NCBI GenBank assembly: GCA_016906335.1
Contig: JADEYG010000015.1
Location: forward strand, 124,001 to 188,000
From: Novakomyces olei
Lineage: Eukaryota
Length of the DNA: 64,000 bases
Reading direction: 5' to 3'
In this document: positions 36,655 to 49,072 of the stretch, one piece after another
How the letters are laid out: each line of letters opens with the position of its first letter
Position numbering within the stretch: the stretch's first letter is position 1
Translations under genes and position numbers: made by a program
Notes under the pieces: generated by a model
The model's input: the letters and a program-made list of their open reading frames with translations, nothing else
The model's database searches: none
Told to the model about the DNA's origin: nothing

Positions 36655-37084
36655 ATGTCGAACAAGGACTATGTATGACGACAGAACTGCAGATCGTTTA
36701 CTTACTTGACAGTACGGTGGTAATGGAGGCGGCGGCCAGCCCGCTTATCCTCAACAAGCGTACGGTGGCGGCGATGGTGATCGAGGCTTCATGGGCGGTC
36801 ACCAGGGCGGTTACGCCCCACCTCAGGGGTATCCAGGTGGGGGTGGGGGTGGGGGTTACCAACAGCCACCCCAGCAATATTACGGTGGGGGTCCTCCGCA
36901 AGGCGGATACTATGGTGGACCTCCACAGCAGTACCAAGGGCAGCAGCCATATGGGCAGCAGCCCATGTATGTCCAGCAACAGCAGCCAAACAATTCCGGG
37001 TCGAACGCCTGCTTAGGCTGTTGTGCTGCTCTTCTCTGCTGCTGTGCGGCAGACGAGCTTTGCAATTTGTGTTTTATGTTTTAA
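36655..37084 (+). CDS. Gly/Gln/Pro/Tyr-rich CYSTM (cysteine-rich TM module) protein; intron 36673-36712
   Basis: MSNKDY|YGG..., PQGY/PQQY low-complexity body, QQPMYVQQQ, C-terminal ACLGCCAALLCCCAADELC. Confidence 0.85.
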
Positions 37085-37825
37085 ATTATTTTCTCCATAC
37101 TCGACGGTATGGCGTTGCTGACCCCTGAGCTGCTGCTTGGAGATTTGCGTACAGTGTACTTTCAGCTAATTTATGCGCCTGTAATACTCACAGAGCTATA
37201 CTCTGGAAAAGCCTTTGCTGTACTCTTCTCATTACCCTCGTTGTATACACAATTTGGCTCTCTGCACGGCTCGAGTGCTGCTAAACGCATGGCACATTGT
37301 TTCTTTCCTCACAAGCTTTTGTTATTGTTGAATTTGCCAAAATTTGCTCCCTGCTATATACGTGTTAGATTCGATGCCGGTACGGTCTCAGTGATGGTCG
37401 GGGATTTGTTTTAGCGCATCTAGTCGAGAATCAAGCGTTGCTTTTACCTGTATAGATTAAACCGTGTCGCTCCTTTGTATTCGATCATTTGGTGATACAC
37501 ACTCGATAATATTATCTAGAGAATAATTTATTGTCGCTGCGTTGATTAGCCCGAGCATTGTCCTCCCTTTGTCTTACACCGCCTTTGGCACTTTAGTTTT
37601 GGGCACTTAAAAGTGCCTTTAGTTAACCCTAACTAACCCTAATACTGTTAAAAGTTCGATTGACAGTATTGTATCCCGAGGCAATAATAAATATATCCCC
37701 AAGGTAATAATATATACATTCATTACATGTTGGCGCAGTACTCTAAATCTAAATTATTACATAATTCTGTAGCAGTGTAGTGCTACCACGAATGATCTCA
37801 TCCCCCACTGCCCACAAACCTCGTC

Positions 37826-39000
37826 ATGTTTGCCGCAAAACGTATGATGTCCACCGCTTCGGCGGCAGGACGCGCTCTCGCATTCACGGGCTACGGTGCG
37901 CCTGAGCAAGTTTTAAAGTATGCTCTCTTGTAACTTTGAAATTCGACAACTAATCAAAACGCAAGAGTCGTAGAGTACGATCCATCGGTGCTTAAAGGCC
38001 CTGTCAGCGTACGGTTCTTGGCTTCACCCATAAATCCGGCCGATTTGAACCAAATCGAAGGCGTCTACCCTTCGCGTCCCCACTTTGATCGCAGTCTGGG
38101 ACTGAGCGAGGATCTGGCGGTTGGAGGCAATGAAGGTGTAGTGGAAATCTTATCGGCAGAACCAGGAACTGGGTTCGAGAAGGGCGACTGGGCCGTTATG
38201 AGCCGGCCTTCGTTTGGAACATGGAGAACTCACGCAGCGGCCAATGCGAATGAACTAGTCAAAATCCCAAACACGTCGATAAATCCACTACAAGCCGCGA
38301 CTCTGTCTATCAACCCATCTACCGCTTATCGCATGCTATCGGACAAGGTTAAGCTGGAAGCTGGCGACTGGTTCATTCAAAATGCAGCGAATTCTGCAGT
38401 AGGAACGGCCGCTATTCAATTCGGGAAAGTATGGGGTTATAGATCAATAAATATTATTCGGAATCGGCCCAATGTGGAAGAGCTGAAGGAGGAATTAACA
38501 CGCCTTGGAGCCGATTTGGTTATTACGGACGAGGAGCTAATGGACCGAAATGCTGCAAAGGAACTTATTGCAGAAACGACCCGCAATGAGCCAATAAAAT
38601 TGGGCTTGAACGCTGTATGTGGAAAGCTTACTAGCGAAATGCTTCGCCACATTGGGTATTTATTAAATAATTAGTATCTTTTTTACTAATCCTCAGGCAC
38701 AATGGCCATGTTGTCACGTACGGAGCCATGTCAAAATCTCCATTGACCATTCCTGCTGGCCTCTTAATTTTTAAAAATATTTCGTTTTCCGGATTTTGGG
38801 TTTCGCAGTGGAATAAAATCCATCCGGATCAGCAGCAAAAGATGCTGTCAGATATTGTCCATATGATCGATGAAGGTGTATTTAAAACGGCACAAGTCAA
38901 TCCAATCAATTTCACGGGGAGTGCTGACGATCTTGTTGCAAACACTTTTGGAAAATCCGCCGGGTTTAGCACAAAGAGTGTATTTGTCATGAGAGAATAG
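37826..39000 (+). CDS. ETR1: Mitochondrial trans-2-enoyl-thioester reductase (MECR); introns 37918-37965, 38656-38696
   Basis: ASPINPADLNQIEGVYP, VGGNEGV, FGTWRT, INPSTAYRML, IQNAANSAVG, VTYGAMSK, FSGFWV. Confidence 0.94.
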
Positions 39001-39201
39001 GGGAACACAAGACTAAATTAAACCTCAAGAGGCAAGATACTAATGTCCGAAATCGCTCGGTTCCTAGCACGAAACTAAACCAACGAGTTAAAATTTTATA
39101 TTATATTTAGAAAGAAGCAAATGAATGACAGTCTCTTTTGTTTGAAGATACATTTTGAATATGTTTTCTCTTTGATACTTTGGTGTGAAATACGAATAAT
39201 C

Positions 39202-40557
39202 TTATTTAAATTGACGGAGCAAGTCAAACCCGCTGTTTTTGAGCAGTAGAGCCGCAGAAACGCCTACTGCAATAATGCCGATTATATTCTCAACATGCCA
39301 TTCACCGTCTACTAACAAATGACACACTGCGATTAAAATGGAAAAGACAGTTTCGTAGATTTTCATAGACGTAGGCGAGTTTGACTAGTAATTTGAATTA
39401 GATTTGAATAACAGCACAAATATATCGTTATATATATATATATATATTTTTTTTTTTTCTCTTTTTTCTCTTGTAATTCTCTTCTAATGCTGCCAGATCT
39501 TACCACGAGCCAATAAGAGAGCGACACTTTGTCTGTCCAGAACATTATTGTAAACCAAAACAAGGTTGTCCAGAACCGGAAAAGGCTCAAGTAGATAAAA
39601 TGCTGGAACACGCGTCGAACACCCTGAACGGCTAAATCAAAAGGAAGAATGGTCGCCCAAGAAACCCACGCCAAAAACCGTAAGCTCCCACTTGCCCATG
39701 TTAGCTTTGTACGATTTAAGTCAATATTGAAAAAATCTGATGGAAATTGAGTAAAATCGAATAAAATAAAATGATAATCTTTTATTACTTTGGAGAAGCT
39801 TTGATGTATTCTTTCCATTTCACCCAAGCTAATGCCTCCAGTACGATATGAAGCACTTCAAAAGCGAAACCTTTGCAAGCATAAACTGCAAGATTACGGC
39901 TTAATGTGGATAAAAGTGCACCAACCACAAGGCCACCGGCCAATTGGTAAAATATTAAATCCCGTTTTTGTTGTTTAAACAGCCATTCAAAACCAAGAGC
40001 AGCTACTGGCGTAAGAAACAGACCACATCGGTATTTTGTTGTTGCAGGCTCGTAACTAGATGTGTAAGTTGTCAAATAGAAGGAAAGGTAGCTTGCAAAT
40101 AAAAACTTTTTGAGAAAATATATAAATTAATTAATTATTGATTGAACAATTTTTCAACAGACACTTACTATAAAGCCAAGAAACGAAATATCTGAGAAAG
40201 ACTCCACGGAACAGCAGCAGGCCATATCATGTAAAAGCCATTACGTACTTCATCGGCCCATTTTACCTGCCTATAAACAATTCCCGGCGGCTTTACCAAA
40301 AATCGCATAAGAAGATCGGCTATTACTTTTCCCAAGGAAAAGTTAATTGCACCAAGGGCAATATAGATCTGTAACAGTGTGATGGGGAACGGAAACTTGT
40401 AACGAAAATCAAACATCATATAATGATCAAGAGCCCGGCTGAGTGCAGAGGCAGAAAGACATATAAATATAGAGAGGCCCGTAATAAGCTGCTGAAATCG
40501 ACGACCTTGAGGGGGGAACCAGGCCCGCCATGCCAGAATTTGCAATATGCCGACCAT
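39202..40557 (-). CDS. Divergent triose-phosphate/nucleotide-sugar transporter-like (DMT) membrane protein; introns 40168-40092, 39788-39691, 39503-39385
   Basis: Multiple hydrophobic helices; FPFPITLLQ (TPT-like N-terminal motif), LEALAWV and ...WLV|SNSPTS; exon model tentative. Confidence 0.55.
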
Positions 40558-41689
40558 TGTAAACTTGGTCTCTTGAAAATTGGCGGAGCCATTTGGTTAA
40601 GCTCATGGTTCCCATGACAGATGAGTATGAGCTTGTGAAATCCGGGGTAGATTAATGACACGGCAGGAGATATATACAGCGTATAAAAATATAGGAGATA
40701 ATTACAGTTCATAAATACATTATATATAAATACATTATATATGAATACATTATACACAATTATATTCATTATTTATAGTATGTAATCGTTCTATGGGAGC
40801 TGCGGTTAATAAAAATATTGTTCCATATATTGTAGGAAGGGTAGATAAATAAATACCAGTGTCGATCTGGTGAATAAATTTTAATTTTTGAACATATCAC
40901 ACCGTTAATTTTTAGAAATAAAGTGCAAGTGGTTAACCATCTGTGGTTAATGATTAAACTACGATAGATGACATCACAATCTGTATAATTTTAAATGAGA
41001 AAAATGCCACTGAAAACGGAGAAATTGGATAGGCTGTTCACGCCGTAGAATAGGGCGATGATAATACTGCTAGTAATTTGCCTTACGCCCGTATCCTTAA
41101 GCTCTCTTGCGTTAAAGTAGTCGGAGTAAAGTATGACAAGTCACAATAAACTAAACGCATAAACAACTTTTCCATATTATTAGTATAAAAATACTGGTTT
41201 GCCTGCTATCTATGCGTCAAGTATGGGCGTAGGCGAAGACGCAATTTCAAACTCCAAATTTCCCATTATCTATCACGAAAACGGTGGTCCCTGTTCCAGT
41301 GGAGCAGATCCCACGAATTAGTAAATAATACTGTAAATCTCCACTGGCGACCAAGCAATACACTAAATTTTAATAACTTTACGGCAAAATGGGCGGAAAT
41401 TCACTAATATAATACTAAAGTAATTGCATATGACATCACACCTATGTTTTGTAAAGCAGCATAGTATCCGCAAAGCATTGAAATCGGTAAAGCGCTAAAA
41501 CTACAAATTTCTTGGCGGTTTGCGTATCAAATCTGCACATTACAAACATATCGTTTGCACGCTAAATTCGCTCGAAATTACATATGCCTCTGCTCATGTT
41601 CGGCAATATAGTCTAGTTTTTCAGTAGCCGATTTTTTCAAAATTATTTTTATCCCCGAGCCCGCTGATAGGTATTACCCGAAATGGACC

Positions 41690-41800
41690 AGTCCTTATCT
41701 ATACTTCTACCCCTGCCAGCACGCTCTCCTATTGGCTAGACGGTCATTCGGTACTTGCGAAAAGAACGTTGCGTGGGCGATCTGGGGACGTGTATAAATC
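41690..41800 (+). promoter_or_regulatory. DUR3 proximal promoter: GATA site, CCAAT box, TATA box
   Basis: CTTATC 41694-41699, ATTGG 41731-41735, TATAAA 41793-41798; further GATA cores upstream, as expected for a nitrogen-regulated permease. Confidence 0.45.
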
Positions 41801-41880
41801 CGCGGTCTCTAGCACATTAAAACTTTTTCAATTGTTCCATTTTCAATTGCTGCTGTGCTACTGCCCAAACTGTATACAAA

Positions 41881-44347
41881 ATGCAGTATCCTAGTGTCCT
41901 TCCTCAGGGTGCGGGCTATGGCGTCTGCATCGGAATGGGTTCGTTTTAATTGACGTGAAGGACAGGAGGCTAATACTGTTCAGGCTTGTTTTTCGCCTTA
42001 TTAATGATTGTGCTTTCTTTCCTACAATCGTACGTGAGAAGCAACGCGCACCACCGTTACTTACTATCAGGCGCTATACCAAACTGCATTTGGGAAACAC
42101 GGAAGAGTTCAATACGGCTCAACGATCGATTAAGCCAGGGCTCGTTAGTTCTGCGATTGTTTCAGCATGGACTTGGGTAAGCCATAAAAATTAAACACTT
42201 GACACGGCCTAAAAAGCGGGGCGTGTAAAAACAAAATTTAAAACCGATACAAGAAATGAAATACAGTCGCGTAAAATACAGCATTGTCCTTATTTCCCAT
42301 TGAATAGTTCTAATCTACAGGCGGCCACACTCCTTGTATCAACGCAACAAGTATACATGAATGGAACGAGTGGCGGTTTCTGGTACGCTGCAGGAGCCTG
42401 TATTCAGATCTTTTGCTTTTCCGTTTTAGCAGTGAAATTAAAGCAAAACGCGCCCCGGTGCCATACATTTCTCGAGGTTATTTATTACCGTTATGGCCGA
42501 ACAGCACACATCCTGTTTCTGTTCTTTGCAATGGCTACAAATCTACTTGTAAGCAGTCAGCTGCTCTTGGGTGGCAGTGCCGTGGTGCAAGCCATAACCG
42601 GAATGAACGTTTATGCTGCCAATTGGTTAATTCCATTTGGCGTTGTGCTTTACGTTGTAATCGGTGGTCTGCGGGCCACTTTTGCCTGTGATTATACTCA
42701 CACATTTGCAATTATGATTATTATCCTTGTTTTCGGATTTAACGCTTATGCCGTTAGCGACAAGATTGGATCTCCTGGACGGATGTGGGATCTTGTACGT
42801 GAGGCCGCTTCTAAAACTCCCGTTGCCGGAAACGCTCATGGTCAGTACACGACTATGAAGTCTAACAATGCGCTTGTTTTTGCCGTTACTAACGTGTGTG
42901 CAAACATGGCCACAGTCGGGTTGGATCAGGTATGTCGTGAATGTTTTTATCAAACTTAAAATTATTAAATCATTTTCATGTTTTTTTTTGGTCGTTCTAA
43001 CGTTAGGCATACTGGCAACGCGCAATTGCTAGCCAGAGCGCAACAGCATCCCGCGCGTACATTCTAGGTGGGATAGCATGGTTTGTGATTCCCTTCTTTT
43101 TCAGCACCACTTTGGGCCTTTCAGCACTTGCTCTACGTGATAATCCCTCGTATCCCACGTACCCTGATTACCTCACAGAGAGTCAAGTCTCTTCTGGGTT
43201 GGCCGCGTGTGCGGGAGCACAAGCACTGCTTGGAAAAGGAGGTAGTGTGGCAATTCTTATCATAATTTTTATGGCTGTAACTTCCGCCACCTCGGCCGAG
43301 TTGGTGGCCACTTCTTCGCTCTTGACTTTTGACGTTTTTAAAACGTACATAAAGCCAACAGCCTCGCCTAAACAGTTACTGTTTGTATCCCACACAATGA
43401 TCTGTGTGTGGGCTGTGGTTACAGCATTCTTTTCCTGTATCTGGCACGTGATTGGTGTCGATCTCGGTTGGATGTATACCTTTATGGGTATCATCATCGC
43501 CGGGGCGGTTGGACCTTGTGTATTGACTTTTACTTGTAAAACACAGCCCCGAATCGCGGCTATTATTGGTCCGATTGTAGGATTGGCCTCGGGAATTATT
43601 GCTTGGATCGTTTGTGCTTCACAATACTATGGGGAACTTACGGTTGTGAGCACGGGCAGCCCTTACTCCACACTGGCCGGCAATTTAGCGAGCCTTTTAA
43701 TGGGCGCATTGACAGCCGGAATAATAACTCTTATCGCCCCTGATAAGAAGTTTACATGGGATGTCACTCGGAAAATCAATTTTCCCCTGCATTCCGTACA
43801 GGGCGTTGCGAATGGATCGAACGGGATGGAGAAGCCCACGGGACAGAAGGAGAACTGGGATCAGAATCTGGAGCCAGAAAAGACGGGTGAACAAGACGTC
43901 GAGAAGTCGGAGCTGGAGCAGCAGCAAAGCCAGAATCAATACTCGCCGAATTCACATGCTCATCACAATCATCATTTGCACATGTCAATGCCCGAGACAA
44001 TGGCGGCCGAGGATAACAAGGAGCAGACTGCAGAAGATTTGGAGGATATTCAGCAGATGCTGGCAACAGAAGATCCACGTGCAATGCAACGGACGCTTCG
44101 CGTTGCCATTCCACTCAGTCTTTCTATAACTTTTATTATTATTTTCCTGATCCCGATCCCCATGTTTCTCTCACATTATGTTTATTCTCGCAACTTTTTC
44201 CTCGGGTACATAATTATCGGATTTATTTGGACCTTTGTGTCTGCTTTCATCACGTGTATATTGCCAATTTACGAGTCACGAGGCGCTCTTTTCTCTGTGA
44301 TTCGTGGTATCGCAAAGGATTTTGGATTGACGAAAATTATCAAATGA
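41881..44347 (+). CDS. DUR3: Urea/polyamine active transporter (SSS family); introns 41939-41983, 42030-42070, 42177-42320, 42930-43006
   Basis: LPQGAGYGV, EEFNTAQRSIKPGLVSSAIVSAWTW|AATLL, GGFWYAAGA, GGLRATF.CDY.HT, DQ|AYWQRAIAS, AVTSATSAEL, LPIYESR. Confidence 0.95.
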
Positions 44348-44661
44348 AGTCTTGGGAGCAGAAGCTGAATATAGGACTTCATCCTTTCCCGCGTGTATTG
44401 ACTGCGATTTTTTATTGAACGCTAAAATTGATTTGTTTAGCTGATTTGCTTTCTTGTTTTATCTTTGTACAGATTAGAATCTTGTGACTCAAGATAAGAA
44501 AATGGTTTTGTGCCGTGTAACATTACCAAATCATCAATGATAAATAAAACGATTGAAAATCTATCCTTTTCCATAAGTAAAATCATAAAAATAATAATGC
44601 CATTATTACCGATATGTACACATATTCAAAGGAATATTTTCTGCGATTGCAATTTTTGTTT

Positions 44662-47223
44662 CTACCATATTCGCTTAGATACCATGGAGAATCGTTCGAT
44701 GGACCATAGAGAAGACTTTGATTTCTCGGTCTTTGGCAGCTCGTCCCGTTTGTCGTTCAGGTAAGCACGAACAGAGTCGTCAATATGCTTTGCATTTTAG
44801 CACATCATCAATGATATTACAAAATAAAGACAAAAGAAAATAAATCGAAATGGACAATAGCAATGACTAAAACAAAGTTCAAGGACGTGGAAAACTTTTT
44901 CAAATATAGGCAAGACATATCATCTTGAAAGTAGACAGATAGCCTTATGGAATATCAACAAACGAGCTACTTACAACCTGACCCGGACCTTGGAACTTTG
45001 CATTTCCAATTGTCCAGTGCTCATCATTCATATCGCCAGAAACCAAATTCGCATACTTTTGATGTGCAAATCCGGATATCCAAACGCCAAGAACAAGTTT
45101 TAGCAGCAAAAGCCTAGAATCAGAAGCCGTTCCAAATGGCAATATGAATTTGCACTTACGCAAGCATAAAAAAAAGAAACAAAGACGCTGCCACCACTGT
45201 TCCAAAGATAAATCCCAAGTGGAACATGTTGAATATTGTTAACCAAATTCCATTGGTTACTTGAGCGCTTGAGTCAATCCGTGGTTGAACATCGTTCACA
45301 GACTGCCACATATAAAAAGCCTGTGCGAGCGCTCTGATAGTGACACAAACCAGAGGCAAAACCGGTAGACCGAGCCTTCGTGCCACAGACGGTGACTGAT
45401 CTACAAAAGGCTTTGACGGGTTAAAAATCTCTTATAAAACTGAGGTATTAAATAAATAAATAATTGTCTTACATGAACACTGTTATTCCCCGATATGACA
45501 TAATCACGGCAGAGTATGTCCACAAATTTTGGGTATATTGTTGCCCTAATCCCGTTGAATTTTGTTACAAACGCGTGTTTAAGCCAGTCGACGATCATTT
45601 CACTGCTAAAAATCACAAACACTGGAGTGATAAGCTGTATCAGAGCTGAAGCCGAAATGAAAGGCGAGCGTCCTGCTAGAACTTCAACGGTATTCCGTGA
45701 AATTATAATGACCAGCATTATAAAGATTTGAAACCGCTCCACCATATCTAGCATTAGCTATATACTGGAAGGTATACTTATACCTGCGCATGTAATTTGG
45801 AACAAGTTTTCCTTTTCAAACTTTTTGAACACGGCACCTTTCACTTCGACGATTTGATTGCTCATCAGCAGCGTGAGCAATGCGTTTCCGTGAGAATTAA
45901 CGGTGACATTCAGCGTCACTGCTTGATAGAAAATGATTCCTGCGTGTAGCACTGCGGGTCAGTAGCTATTCATAAAGTCCGGAAAACAAGGGTAAAAAAA
46001 ATAATGATATAACAGCTGGCCATGCTTGTGGAAGCCTTTCGAATCAAGTCGGCAGCTCCACAGGCAAAAGTTGATACTGAAATCTCAACTATTCAAACAA
46101 CAATAAAACTAAACAATAAAACAACGACAAAACACTCACAAAGATACACAAGCGAAAGTACGTAGTACTTGAAAGCATTCAGCCTTGAGTTCAGACCATG
46201 GGCAAATGTGCTCTTGCTGAACAAGCAGTCGAGAATATCCTGTCCGATTGCTGCGCATAGTCGATCAGCAATTTCCAGCACATTAAACAGGACATAAAGC
46301 TTTATAGTCGACTGTCCTCGGATACTATGGTACACACGGCTAGCGTCGACATTGTGCAAAATGATAATAGCATTTATAAGCAACGTGCACTTTAGCAGGT
46401 CTACTATTTGGCTAGATTTGATGCGTCTGCGGGTTAGCCCTTTCCCCGAATAAGCAGCTAAATGTAAACAAAACCCAACAATAAACCTTCAGACAAGCGT
46501 GATTACTGAGCCATAAAAATACCTTTGGGAGCCGTATCCCCAATGAGACAGGCCTGCTTCTGCAGCAATACGCATTGATTTTGCAAATCTCAATGGAAGA
46601 ATAGTGAAGCAGTACAAAAAACTGTCAAAACAAACGATCCATCCAAAAGACAAAGCGGCCTCCAAGTAAATAGGAATTCTCAAAAAATTCTCCACTCTTT
46701 CCTTCTTCAAGTCCTGCGGGTGCCTTGAGTCGGAGGACGACAGCTCGATTACGAGATAATCCCACAATGATGCAAACGTGAATATCGGTCTCCACGGCAA
46801 AGCCTCCCTCCGTCCAATCTCTGCGTCGAGCCAGGGCTCGTCCGGGTTTCTAAACTTGTCAAATTGCCTTCTTGCTCCACTCCCATCAGCGGCATTTCCG
46901 GTCCTGCGTCTCGCTGGTGAAGAATTCGAGCGGAAAAGCCGTGTCGGGTACCGCATTCGTACACGAACTCGAGGACTGGACGGCAGTTTATCATTCAGCC
47001 TTGGCTCAGGCTCCTTTTTGCCAGACCTTTTGTCGAGCTTCGTACCTGCAATCGCTCCATTAATTTCCGTGGGTTCGCCTGTAAGGGACGTTCCGCCGTC
47101 CTTTCCACTCCTGTCCGAGCCGCAGGAGACTTGTGGCTCTAAACTGTCCAACACGCTATCCTCACTGTTGACTGAACGCTGTGGCTCAGAATTAAAGCCT
47201 TCGTGAGCCCGACTGTTTTGCAT
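44662..47223 (-). CDS. EMP65: TAPT1/Emp65 (DUF747) ER membrane protein; 6 introns: 46522-46427, 46139-45952, 45783-45748, 45472-45411, 45159-45114, 44974-44788
   Basis: ERVENFLRIP..LE, CFDSFLYCFTILPLR, DASRVYHSIRGQSTIKLYV, LLMSNQIVEVKGAVFKKFEKENLFQ, VDWLKHAFVTKFN, RRLGLPVLPL, RFSMVSKRIW. Confidence 0.92.
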
Positions 47224-47563
47224 TATACGCTTGCGCGAGCACAAGCATAAATTGCCAATTTTATAAAGGTTTGCGACTTACGTGGCCCAGCGTTGCGACA
47301 CAAGACGTATCGGCCACCCCGATAATTATCCTGAGCGTATAATAATTCCATAACACCAACCGCTTCTGTAGTATTGTAATATAATAATACATGACGCTGT
47401 ATGTCATATCAATACATTGATTATGGTGAGTATTGTGCACATAAAGGGGCGATAAATTGTATCCTCTTAGTATATATGATATGATATTTTTGATATTTAA
47501 TATATGCAAAAGATATATATATAAGAACAATACGCTGGGCTTCTCTACTTGAACACGGCAAAG

Positions 47564-48551
47564 ATGAAAGGCTTTCGTGTTTGTGCAAAGCCAGTCCAAA
47601 GCGTCGGCCTGCTCCGTTTTGGAGTCGGCCGTTGGCAAACTGTTGCAGCAAAACGGCTGTTTGCGAGCGCTAACAATGATACTAATATTGCGCCTGAAGT
47701 GTCGGTGCCTTTAGTGGAAGAAGAGCCTGACTTGAACAACGGAAGCCCAAAGGGTGTCGACTGGTCTACATCGTTCCATGGGCTTAGTCAGCAACCTTTT
47801 CCGCGCGAAACTGCCGACGTTCTTTTAGCGCCAATGGTACTGGACGATATTGAAGTCAAACCAGGTATGCCTTGTTGGATCGTACCGTGAGTCTAACAAG
47901 CTTAGATGGTATAATCTTCCTTCCAGAGATCAAGTATAGACGCATTTTGAATCGTGCATTTGGTCCAGGTGGCTGGGGAATGGCTCCACGTGGAGATTTT
48001 ATTATTACAGAACGTTCGGTCTCGAGAGAGTACGCTTTGATTTGCCATGGAAGGTAATAATCACCAATACGAGAAAGGATCGGGTCTATGAGACTACCGG
48101 AAAAAGAGAAAACAGAGTCGTTGAAAAAAAAAAATAATTAAAAATCTAATTAATTTATTAATCGATTAATTAATTGATTAAAATAAAAATGGACCTATTT
48201 GAGCTTACATAAAACGAATCAACAAATCAACAAAATCAAACATGAAAAGAAATTGCTTTGCTAACAAGTTTTAGGCTTGTTAGCGTAGCCCGTGGCGAGC
48301 AAGAGTACTTTGATCCACATGGTGTTTCGACAGCCATGGAAGGGTGCAAATCTAATGCTTTAATGCGTAATTGCAAGGATCTAGGTGTCGCTTCCGAGCT
48401 TTGGGATCCGCGTTTTATTCGTAAATTCAAGTCTGAGAAATGTGTTGAAGTATGGGGAGAACATTTAACTACAAAGAAAAAGCGAAAGCTTTGGCGACGC
48501 CGTGACGATCCGCCTCTGAGTTATCCCTACAAAGAATCGGGTGGGTTTTAG
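47564..48551 (+). CDS. MGM101: Mitochondrial genome maintenance protein (Rad52-type); introns 47865-47905, 48054-48274
   Basis: [72 protein letters not shown]. Confidence 0.96.
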
Positions 48552-49072
48552 CAGGCTGATCAGACTAAGAATGGCTCGAATGAGAATATGATTAATACAT
48601 TGTGCGTTATTATGGGGTTCATGCAATCCTGGAAATTACCATGAATTCTGCGTATTTGCGAGAACAGATGTTCTACCATTGAGATGTAAAAACGTAATTT
48701 TCAGTAACAAGGGACGCTTTCGAATTAGCCTAAAATTAGTATATAGTCTTTGCGGAATTTTGATGATCAGCTGCAAGCATCGTCAGAGTCTAAAGGTCTA
48801 ACCATTAAATGAGTCTTGAAGACTAATCGAAAATTTTGACAAATACATCATTCGACACTTACGCTGTCATCATAGAAAAATAATGATGGTAATAAAGAAA
48901 AAACGAAATCCATACCTGTGTATTCCAGGTCAAAATGCATAAGCATCCTATTAAATGACATTTTTGTGTCTCAGTTCATATAGCTGATTAAAGAATGTTC
49001 TGGCTTGGTCTAGTGAAGACTAGATCATTCATTTGGAACTATTTTATACAGCAACTGTACTGAATAATACGG

